Positions 52,484 through 64,000 of a stretch of 64,000 nucleotides of DNA are shown here, one piece after another. The notes below the pieces were generated by a model, which made no database searches, was not told the origin of the DNA, and saw only the letters and a list, made by a program, of their open reading frames with translations. The stretch is from Eledone cirrhosa. Lineage: Eukaryota. Position numbers and translations under genes: made by a program. The stretch covers positions 3,534,001 through 3,598,000 of the forward strand of contig OZ024752.1 of the NCBI GenBank assembly GCA_964016885.1, written 5' to 3'. Within the stretch, counting starts at the first letter, position 1, and each line of letters starts with the position of its first letter.

Positions 52484-54611
52484 GTAAACATAAAGATCAT
52501 TACTTGTTTCTTCTTAAATGTGTGCATAAATGAAATTTCCATCTTTTTGAAGTTTATTCTGAGAAATTATCTGCGGCAAGTATTGTCTGCTATTTCTCCA
52601 GGCTATAACCGTAGAATGAGCTGAATATGGCATCCAAATATAAAAGACTATAATAATACCTCGAAGCCACTGGCTACAACAATCTGAGGTCCATAATTTT
52701 TAGTCCACTAAACTATTCTATTATATAGTGCCATGTAACTAAATACCGGTCGTACATCATGCTAGCTATACACCTGTTCATGTTTTCGAAGACAATTTAT
52801 TTCTGGCAAGTTTTGATTTCTATTGCTGATGCAAGAATTATGTATTTTCTTACTATCTATCCGGAGGAAATGCTAAGTCAGAAATATAGTTAAATTAAAG
52901 CGTATCAAACATATATTTAAGCCCAAGTTTTAATGGCGTCTTAATCCGGTGAGATGGTGTAGTAAATATTGAATAGGGTTTCCAGTTTTTTAGTACAGAA
53001 TTATAATGTTGTATGGATTAGTGATAAGGAAGGGCAGAAATGGTAAATATTTACATGGACTCTGAAACTAGTGTATGAGAGAATATTGTGTTTATCTTAA
53101 ACCGAAATCTTGACCACATGCTTTTAACACAACGGACTCTGTTAAAGGTACCCGATGGCCAAGCTGTAGTGTTAAACTATATGATGTTTTATGTCGAGAT
53201 TTGAACATAGAATACAATGCTCTGGGAGAGATACCAAAACAGCATCTCCTCGGATACTGAAACGAGTCCGCCAAACCACCGCCTTAAATTGATTAAATTA
53301 AGAGCAGTGCATTCTTGATACTTAAATTCTTCTTGATAGAGAATAGGGAATTGAGTGTCAAAGTCAGTTTTAGAAGAATTCGAACACAGAGTGATATAAC
53401 TGACACATATTTAAATTATTTTAACGTGCATTTCCATTCTAGACTGCATTATACTAGCTTATCGTTAGATTAGGGTGAGGGGAGACATTTTTTCTTGTCA
53501 AAATGTTACTCTTCCTAACGAAATCTACACTGCATATGTGTAATCGCCCTGTGGCTACTTATATGTTTGTAGAAGTGTAATTTGGTGGATTGTGAGCGCC
53601 AGCTGAGATAACTCGGTAGGATATATCTAACTTTACCGTCGTAGCAATACATTTAGTGTGTTGCTCCGAGCTATATTTGCAACGGAGAGTGATACCTAAA
53701 TATTTTGTTTCCTAAATGTGTTCCAAATGTATTTTTTATGCAAATCGTATATATTCACATCTTTTATTTCTTATCGCCATAACTTTATATTTCACAAGGT
53801 TGTACCATGTTAAACATTGTTTCTCCCGAAATTGTATCGATTCATACATTTTTGTAGTCGTGAAAATCTTTAACGGCTTAGAGATGTGCCTATGCTGAAA
53901 ACATAAGCTGAAATATGCCATTTAAAATTTTATGTGTTTGAGAATGTTTGCAGTGCATTATGGTGTATAGAACATTCTATATGCGTGTGCGTGTGTGTCA
54001 CTGTCTCACTCCACCACTGTATATCTGCATATATGTTTATGTGTGTAGATGTATTCCCATAATCATAGAGCAAGGAACTTAAATTTAAAAATAAAATATT
54101 TTACGTGTGCCTAATCTTAGCTAATAAAATGTCTTTGCTAATCTTTGCAAATGTTATACGTGTATGTGTGTGTGTATGTGTATGTTGTATGTGCGTGATA
54201 TATGTTGCATGTATATATATATATATTATAGATACACACAGCGACAGACACTCACAATACACACATATACATAAATACACACATACAGACATATATATAT
54301 ATATGTGTGTATGTGTGTATGTGTGTGTGTCTGTGTGTGTATGTATGATTTTACTTATTCCTTCAGAATTTAATTCTAAATGTTGACACATTCAAAGTTG
54401 ATTTCAAAAGATTACAGGATTAAGGAGAATGGAAATAATAATGCAACAGTAATTAGCAAGTAATATAATTTGATAGAATCTTATTTTCAGAATGTGCTAC
54501 ATAAAAAAGACGGAAGTGTAAAATGAAAACGCTTAGTTATTGTCTAATCACAATGGAAAAGAGTGTTTTTTTAGGGTTTTTGAGATTCTTGGTTGGGAAT
54601 CAAGTAATCAA

Positions 54612-54801
54612 TAATTGTTTCTACTTTTGGCACAAGACCATCAATTATCCCGGTGCATTACTAGTGCTTTTTTTATCAACCTCGTAAGGATGAAAGGCAT
54701 AGTTAGCCTCGACGGGATTTGAACTTAGAACGCAAAGGGCCGTAGCTCTATGCTGCAATGCATGGAGTCTGACGGTCTACCGATTCTGCCAATCCACCGC
54801 C
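54612..54801 (-). mobile_element. tRNA-derived SINE, full length
   Basis: Reverse-complement match to the family, ending GCCAATCCACCGCC. Confidence 0.85.
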
Positions 54802-55011
54802 ATCAAGGAATCAATGATGATGTACAGTTTAATGCAGTACAAAACAGTTTTATTCAGTTGCCCTCGTTTAAAATGTTACAACAGATTGACCTTAGATATG
54901 GCACACGAGGTCACAGGTAATCTACTACACTGTACGGAGAATTGTATCAACCAATTAAAGTATTTGAATACGAAATTAGTTACATAAACAATAATATTGG
55001 TAATAATTTCT

Positions 55012-55210
55012 TATTTAGGTACAAAGCCGGTAAGGGAAAAATCGATTAAATTGACCCCAGTGCGTTACTACAACTTTATTTTATCGACCCCGTAAGGATA
55101 AAAAGTAAAGCTAACCTCAATAGGATTTGAAATCAGAACGTAAAAGGCTGTAACTCTCTGCCGTGAAACAGAGTGTGCGATGCTCTACCGATACGCCTAA
55201 TCCAGCGCCC
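55012..55210 (-). mobile_element. tRNA-derived SINE, degenerate
   Basis: TTTATTTTATCGACCCCGTAAGGAT..GGATTTGAA..CTCTACCGATAC. Confidence 0.7.
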
Positions 55211-56633
55211 TAATAATTATAATAGTGATGGTTTCTGAATTATTCGCAAGGCCTACAAATCATCCTCGGACAGTGCGAGATGGAGAGTTTCTTCAATCTC
55301 TGCGTAGATTCGACAAGTTCGGTTGCTGGTGGACCCAGCATGGGATTATTTCAAGATATATTTACTTTCGTGCCAAGGACTTTTGGAAATTGTCCATAAT
55401 GCCACACATGAAATATCTCTATGACAAACCGAACAGATTTGTTAGGGTTTGACCATTTACCATGAAGGTATGACCTTCTAGAGTTGCTTCCAAGACAGTG
55501 TCGTTCATATCTTCTCCTAAATCTTTATACAATTAGAAAACTGATTTCCCACTGACTATATAGTGATAGAAAAACAATTAATGGTTTAAATTCCAAACGC
55601 CCAGCTTCAGTTTGGACTTGTCACTGAGATTCACGGCAGTCAAATGATGGAATTATGTGTCTCACAATTTCATCATCCCCATCGTCTTCAAGTAATTTCG
55701 GTGATCTATCAGCGTTAGTGGTTCTCTGTGCTTCATCAATGACACTGTTCTTGTATTGCCAGTAGATGAATGCCATCACCTTTGAAAATGAACCTCCTAC
55801 AAAATGCAAAATTGCAACACACTAATATGATTAAAGGTACAATGTTGTTGAAGACAATTCTGTACACAACGGATTCGTTTGAGAGACTCCCATCACACTA
55901 TTGCCGAGAAGAACCACGGGCCTTTATTTATTTGCCCACACTCAGAATGGGCTAAAGCTAAACTCTACTTGGTGGAATTTGCACTTAGAACGAAAGAAAC
56001 CAAAGAGATATCGCAAGGCATTTTGCCCGGTGTTCTAACTATTTTGTCAAGAATATCTCTAAGCGTGTAGCACTAGATAGATGCGTAGGTGCTGGGTAGA
56101 GAGCGCCTGTAGATTTAGATGGTAATGGTAATGAATATACAGTGAATTCAACTGAATGTAGATGTGTGGGTACACGTGTACTACTTTTGAGGCTCTGTTA
56201 GGGTAGAGAAGTTTTTAGTAACTGTTCAAGCGTCGGTCTGCCCATTTTGTATATACATACCAGTGATAAGCTAATAACTAAAACGTTAGCGGAACAATTT
56301 GGAATCAATGACAGTTTCATTTCAAAAGGTTATGTATGTATATATGTATGTATATATGTATGTATATATTTATGTATATATGTATGTATATATTTATGTG
56401 GATTTGTGTGTGTTCTCGCGGGAATCATTGTTACGCAGAAATGGAAAAGGCATAAATTGAGAAATGGGAAAATAAAAATGTTGATGGTTGATGAGAAGGA
56501 GGTATAAAGATCGATAAATAGTTGATGATAGACAGGAAGATCTAGAGGGAGACAGAGAAAGAAACAGCATAGAGGAAGTTAGGCTTACACACTCACAAAT
56601 TTAGACAGAGAGAGTAATAGAAAGAGAGAATAG

Positions 56634-56684
<51 letters not shown>

Positions 56685-56809
56685 ATATACAAAGAATGTT
56701 ACCAGTACTCATTCATATGCATGCTTTGGTCACTGTGCATATTCATGAGCAGGTATTCTGTGCCAGCGAGCACATGCACACGTACAGTCTTACACATATA
56801 TAGACACAC

Positions 56810-56812
<3 letters not shown>

Positions 56813-56881
<69 letters not shown>

Positions 56882-57021
56882 ATATGTATGTATATATGTA
56901 TATATGTATATATGTATATATGTATGTATATATGTATATATGCATATATGTATATATCTATATATATATATATATATATGTATGTATATATGTATATATA
57001 TATATATACGTATATATATAC

Positions 57022-57053
<32 letters not shown>

Positions 57054-57068
57054 ATATGTATATATGTA

Positions 57069-57099
<31 letters not shown>

Positions 57100-57320
57100 G
57101 TATGCGTGTGTGTATATATGTATATATATATATATATATGTGTGTATATATATATGTATGTGTGTGTGTATATATGTATATATGTATATATATATATATG
57201 TATGTATATATATATATGTATTTATATATATATGTATATATAGGTATACATATATACATATACAAACACACACATATATATTCGCGGATATATACGTATA
57301 TAGATATATGTGTGTATATG
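56813..57320. repeat. (TA)n/(TATG)n compound microsatellite
   Basis: Direct reading. Confidence 0.9.
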
Positions 57321-58116
57321 ATTGTATGTGTCTGTGTTGAAATGTGTGCAGAAGAAATATGCAAAAAGCTGATTGTGATATCCATACCAAGCGCCGCACA
57401 GATCGTCAAAGGTATGACAGATGTACTCACACGCTCATACAACACTCACGTGTACACATGCAAATGTGCTGACATCAGGGGAACTAAAAGATTGAACACC
57501 TCCTTCCTCAAACAGATTCTTCAACAGATGGCATTCCTCACTTGCATACCAGATGCATTGGTGTGTAACAAACGAAATCATTCAAGTGGAAATCGCCGGC
57601 CAAAATGCATGAAAATGCATAAACAGGTTTTAATATTCTATAAGCTGTTGGATGCTGTGAAAAAATTATTCTCTTTTGCTCTATTTATAACAAGTTCTTT
57701 CTCAATTTTACTCCGTATTTCGCCCCCAACTCCCTCCCACTCTCTGCCTCACTCACTCTCTCTCTCTCACCCTGTCTAAATTTCTCTCTTTCTCTGTATA
57801 TCTACTTCATTTTATCTCACACAACTCTTTCTCATTGATACTTTTCTTCATTTACCTCTCATTCGCTTTCTCTCATTTTCTTGCTCAACAAATTCCATTC
57901 TGTATAAAGACCCCACGCCTTCCCACACTCACCCTTTCTTATTTTCTCTATCTCTTAATGCATCCTCCCAAATTTTCATAACTAACTTGTTCAAAATATT
58001 TCTGCCCCAATATCACAAATTTATTCTATATATCTGTCTCATTGCGTATATATATATATATAAAAATATATACGTGTGTGTGTGTGTGTTTATGTGTCTG
58101 TTTATCTATATATATA

Positions 58117-58208
<92 letters not shown>

Positions 58209-58862
58209 TGCCTGTAGGCGTATGACTATATATGTTAGTATGTGTGTGTGAGTACATGTATATGTTTATATTTTTCTATGGTCTACGCTTTCTATATTTA
58301 TTGTTAGATATGGTTTTTATTGATAAATTATATATATTTTTATATTAGATATATGTTATTTCTTTTCCTCCCAATCAATGATGCTCTGCGTGAAAGGTGT
58401 GTAGCTGTCTATATGTTTGTGTATTGTGTGCAAGTATGTCTGTGTATATTTGTGGCTATGTGTCTTAATGAGACTATGTTTGAATGTGAACATATAAGTG
58501 TGTGAAGGAATCGTCACGATAATTATGCGTCCCTCGCTCTGAATAATTTTTCACTGGTAATTAGGTGCTTGGTTTGGTAGGAGTTTTTGTGGGCGTGCAC
58601 GCACCGTGTGTAAATGTACGTGAATGAAAAAAGCGTGTTGATATCTGTAAATGTGTTTGCGTGATGTGTGTCTTTATTTTTGTGCCAGCATATATATATT
58701 TATATGGTGGCCAAAAAGTATCACACACTTACGCAAGCATACACACAAACACACACACGCCTATATATATATATATTTATATATATATATATACACATTA
58801 CATACATTTACACATATGCATGCATACCATACACACAAATACATACCAATTATATCATGCAT

Positions 58863-58949
<87 letters not shown>

Positions 58950-59359
58950 CGTGTGTATATGTGTGAATGGTGCATGCACTTGATCATGTATTTTAGTGTG
59001 AGTGTAAATTGGGAGATTTGTATGGGGAAAGAATTGTTGCTATTTTCAATCGAAAGAATGCCTTGCTGATATCCAATTCCCTTCAATAGAGATATAAATA
59101 GTAGACTGATGGAGGACACTTTCCTAAAAATCCTTATTCATTCAATATTAAATTTGAACACTGATTTTGAAAACGGTCCATCTCAAAGTGTGTGTATTTT
59201 CTTTTCACTGTATCTGAAAAGAGCTTCCTTTTATGTTGCAAAGAGCCAAAATGCTGAAATTTTCACATATTTCGCAGATCATTAACTTTAATATGTCAAC
59301 AATAAATGTATACTTTTCAAATGTTGAATCCAGAATTTTCATGTACTTATTATTCCTGC

Positions 59360-59500
59360 TGAATGAGTTCGAATCCCAACGAAGCTAACTTTGCCTGTCA
59401 TCATTACGGGGTCGAGAAGTACCAGTAATAGGATGTGGTCAAATTAATCGACTTTACCCTCCCCTAAAATTGCTGGCTTTGTGTCTAAATGAGAAAGTAT
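59360..59500 (+). mobile_element. SINE 3' part
   Basis: GAGTTCGAATCCC..CTTTGCCT.TCATC.TTACGGGGTCGA..GTACCAGT. Confidence 0.7.
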
Positions 59501-60328
59501 TATTTCTGCTGATGAAAACTCTGAAATAAATGCACGACTGTATTATGCAAATGACAATCACACACACAGTGTAGAAATTCTGAAACCTAAGCTGAAGCAT
59601 GATCTGGGTGGCCACCAATTTATTTTTGTCGATTCTATCAACGGATGCCAACCAAGTCGACATTTATAGCACTAAAGTTATGTTGTCAAAAGTTTGGATT
59701 CATAATTCAAAACCATTTGTATATGAAGAAGGTTTTAGCCAAGTCGGTGTCAAAACATTTCAATACTAGTTGGAAGAGAAATTGAGAGGACAACCCAAAA
59801 TGCATTGTGAAGCAATTGTTGCCGGTTCGTGATAATTTCGTGGAAGGCCTTGTCACTGTAGATAAACTGTTGTTACACTACTATGATCTTGAGACATAGA
59901 TACAATCAATAGACTGTTGACATGCTTGTCCCTCATGACCAGAAAAACAAAGATGCAAACGTTAAAAATATACGGAAAATATAGTTAATTTCTCAGGATC
60001 ATATCAACAATGATGCAAACTCGAATCAGGCTTTTCATCTTCTTCCATCTACGTAAATAATATATATTTACGTACAAAAATAGTTTTCTTCAAAATCTGT
60101 TTAAAAACATATTTTTCAAATGTGTGTATGTTTGTGTGTGTGAATACACATACATATATGTATACACATAGAGAGAGGTGTCTTTTGCTATCTCTTTCCC
60201 TTAAAAGATACCCTTTTAATGCACCGTTTTCACAAACATATATGTACACACACACGCATATATATATACCAATACTGGAATTATATAATCAAGATCGTAG
60301 CGGTATGTCATGTATCAAATCATATATT

Positions 60329-60389
60329 TTTATCTGATGAAGACTTACTGAAAAAAACAACACGCTACCTTTGAAATATATATAATAAA
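60329..60389 (+). ncRNA. HHR motif (family of 33837), weak helix II
   Basis: TTTAT-CTGATGA-AGAC..CCTTT-GAAA-T(atat)A-TA^ATAAA. Confidence 0.6.
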
Positions 60390-60537
60390 GCATATATTTT
60401 GATTATGTGAATATCCTTCATTTGTTAATATGTTGAATGATATTAAAAACTCCAGGAAAACTTTTTACCGTTGAGTGCTTTTAATCTATTGTAAAATTGT
60501 ATTCATTGAGTAATCAACGAACCATATTAATGTTTGG

Positions 60538-60602
<65 letters not shown>

Positions 60603-62772
60603 TACATACATATATTTACATGTATCATGATGATACATGTAATTTTCAAAATGTTATAAATAAAAGGACCATTTTTCACTCGTACATGAAATATAATACG
60701 CACATACACCAACACAAACGCACGCACATTCAACGTACACCCATGCTCACACACACATACAGAGAGAGAGAGGGAGAGAGAGAGATATATGTGTAACTCT
60801 GTCAATGCTTAACATATGTGAGATGGAGAAATCAAAATAGAGTGGATGGTAGAGAGAAAGTGATTGAAAAGAGAAAGGCTTCGCAAGCAACTATTCCTGT
60901 TTAGAAATGATGTTGCGTATACAGTATTGTCCCCAAATTGTATTTTCCATAGGGTTGCTGGTCACCTGCTCTATTGATCAAATGCCATACAGAACGCAAA
61001 AGTTATTATGTAATGTAATTATTAAGCTATGCAAGAACAGGAAATGCACAATGCTCTCAAAATGGCCGACTTTGCATATCTCTGCACTTGTATGGCTCGA
61101 AGAATAGGAGTTATTGGAGAATTTTCAATAAAATGAAAGTATTTTTAGAAATTAGAAAATTGTGCATAGCTAATGTTGAAAATAGTACAGATCCCAGGTT
61201 TACAGGAAACCATGTTCAGTTCAAATTTGGAATAAAGCGAAACTCAATGAATTGTTCAATATTTTATGGCAGTATTTTTGTTGCGTTTTTGTTTTCTATT
61301 TTTCTCTTCTATTTATAAATTTCCTCAACTCTTTGCCTTAGTTTCCTTGTTAAACACTTGAAAATCAATTGGAAGAGATCAGATTTTCATTTATTAATTT
61401 ATTAAATTTATTTCTATTTACATATTTATTCATTGTTTAATTGATTTTTCTTTAATGTCTAAAAGTACAAATGAGAAATCAGGAAGAAACCCATCGCTAA
61501 TTCTCTTAATTTTCAAGATAATTTTAATAAAGGACAAACACTGTATAGTGTTGTTTGTCATAGTTATGAGGCTACAAGTCGACATTGAGCTACAGATTTG
61601 GTTGTATGTGTATGGACGAGTAAAACTGCCTTAGTTTATTTTATCGGCTAACTTGACATCGGAGGAATATGAATTCAGAACGTAAAGAATATTAACAAAT
61701 ATCACAAGACATTATTGCAACAATGCCCGATACGTAATAATCGATAAATATAGTAGTAATCAAATACGGCAGTCAACTTAATCGACTAAATCTTCCCCTA
61801 AATTGTTGAGCATCTACCTATATTAGAAATCATAGTTTACTATTATGCAGTAGCTTGGTAAATAGTTGGTTCCCCCGAGGAAGGAGCCCCGTGAGGTGAG
61901 GTGGCTGTTGCAGCGGGTGTCGGGGGTCATTGTCCGCAAGTGTCCTTTTGCAGTCTTATCCACAGGGCGCAGCCCCTTAACCGCCGCGCCCTAGGCCCAG
62001 AGTCCAATCAACCTACCCCTCCCCATCCCCATTATTCTGCGACACTAGAGTCCTTGCCATTCCCACCTTTTTAAGTTTGTTTTCCCCTTTTTCTCTATAT
62101 TTTCCTAATTTACATCCCATTGTTTCTTCTCAATCTAAATTTTCTTTTGTTTTTCTTTTTCTATTAAACTGTATTTACATGATATATTCCATAAATAAAT
62201 AGAATATCTATAGGTACTTCTTATGAATTTTCAGTTAGGCAGCTTCAACAATTCCTAAGTATAATTTAACTAACAAGTATACGAACTAACGATGAAGCTT
62301 TTAGATGAAGATGTTTACGCTATTTATACACGAGGGAAAATCATGACTTGCGCATATTCACTTCATTTCATAATAGGGAAGTTGACCCGGATTCTGTATC
62401 TGTTCAGCTCATTATTTTCTTCAAAGAAAACAATGTTCATTGTTTTAAAATATTTAAAGTGATTAATTTGTGTTTTTCTCCAAAGGCATTAACAATAGGT
62501 CAATGGCCTTGTGGTGATTAGTAATTGAAGAACTGTTGTTTTACTTTTTATATTTTCTTTAAATAGGAATCAAATATTGATTGTCAATTATCTTGTCGTT
62601 TTTTGTCGGACAATATTTCCCAATGATTCATCAAATGCTTGTTCAGATGGATTGTGCTACTGCTGTTACTGATTGGTTATGTTGGTGGTTGTGTTGATGG
62701 TATGAAACTTGATTGTTAGCCAACGAAATATTGGATATTCATTATTAATATTAATACTTTTAATATTATTTT

Positions 62773-62925
62773 ACGTTCTGAGCTCACATCCCACCGAGGT
62801 CAGCTTTGCCTTTCATCGTTACAGGGTCGATAAAATAAAATACCAGTAATACACTGGGTTCGATTTAGTCGACTTTTGCATCCTCTACAAAATTGCTGAC
62901 CTTGTGCCAAATGTACAAACAATAT
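62773..62925 (+). mobile_element. SINE 3' part
   Basis: CCGAGGTCAGCTTTGCCTTTCATC..GGGTCGATAAAATAAAATACCAG. Confidence 0.75.
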
Positions 62926-63279
62926 TATTATGGACTTCCGTGAGTTTTCTGCTTGTCTACGTGTGCGTGTAAGTTCCTATGTGTGTGTGTACAAAGAGAT
63001 GTGCTCGATAATTCTTTACCTGTGCTTTGCAACTTTTTCGCTCCCGTAAGTTATAATTCCCACCGTCTCCTTCCATTCCTCTTCTGTAACTATATTCCCC
63101 CTTAAAGCTTTCCTTTAACAATGCTAGTCATATTTGTCAATTTTCAGGCTGAGACATTTTTCTTCCCTCCCTCACACACACACACGCAAACACACACACA
63201 CACACACATCTATCTATCTAACTATATGTGCGTTATGGTCCACCTGATTACTTACCACACTTCCTTCGTTAACTATATA

Positions 63280-63343
<64 letters not shown>

Positions 63344-63522
63344 AAGGTTAAACAAGGTTCGATGAATAAATCAAGCTTTCTTACACGCACCCTCTGTATT
63401 ATATGTAAGTTTTTTCATGTATCAATCTTAAGGTATATAAATATTGAGTTTTGTCATATCTTACTCACTACCAAGACTGGAACTTAACCATCTACTATGT
63501 CAGGGTATGTCATGCATCATCT

Positions 63523-63589
63523 TATTTTATCTGATGAGGACGTACTGTTGAAGTTAGCTCAGTACCTCTGAAATATGTATAATAAAATA
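63523..63589 (+). ncRNA. Type I HHR motif (family of 33837), intact
   Basis: TATTTTAT-CTGATGA-GGAcGTACTG(ttgaagttagct)CAGTACcTCT-GAAA-T(atgt)A-TA^ATAAAATA. Confidence 0.8.
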
Positions 63590-64000
63590 TACTTGATCAC
63601 AATGAAGTTCTATTTTTGTTAATATTTTGAATGAATATATAAATATATATATTTATGTGAAATATTGTGGCTTTTTTTGGTTGTAACTTCTCTGTTTTTT
63701 AGCCTAGGAAGATATTTATATATATGCCTACGTATATAATTACATGCATATATGTATTTATTTTCTTTTATTAATTGAGTTCTTTACACGAGGAATTAAT
63801 ATTGGTTTTGAAATAACTAATTAACCCGCGTGTGTTTTATATTTTACTCTTAATAATTCGGCCGGAGAATTATATTCCCATTTGCCCTTTATAGCATAAC
63901 TTTCTGCATTTACTGCGGTTATGAGAAGCGGTTCTTATTCGGGTACAACTTCTGATGTAGCCTAAGAAAATATCTATATGCGTGTGTAATTTATACAAGC

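Noticed and set aside
55621-55809. 62-aa minus-strand ORF
   Set aside because: No recognisable domain; length expected by chance
59507-59535. CTGATGA..GAAA pair
   Set aside because: No helix II, III or I pairing

Overview
AT-rich animal genomic DNA dense in microsatellites and repeats. The repeat families suggest an octopod cephalopod, but this is an inference. I found no supportable host protein-coding exon; most tracked ORFs are translated (TA)n/(TG)n/(AG)n/(TAG)n repeats. Recognisable elements are a decayed, 5'-truncated L1/Tx1-clade LINE (43481-47325, -; APE endonuclease, RT, CCHC), two R4/Dong-like RLE LINE 3' ends, two RTE fragments, a Penelope-like (PLE) GIY-YIG fragment with an internal inversion, two probable non-autonomous Helitrons and about 20 copies of a tRNA-derived SINE with a Meta/MESC-like core. 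The main hidden signal is about 19 type I hammerhead ribozyme (HHR) motifs, folded by eye, from many short unrelated PLE-type terminal fragments that mostly lie beside (TA)n tracts. Four apparently unrelated families carry the compensatory U3-A8 core (UUGANAA), one family carries a CAGAAGA core in all three copies, and most have palindromic minimal helix III loops suited to dimeric cleavage. Several fold-back palindromes have their inversion point inside the ribozyme. Ribozyme activity is untested and element boundaries are approximate.
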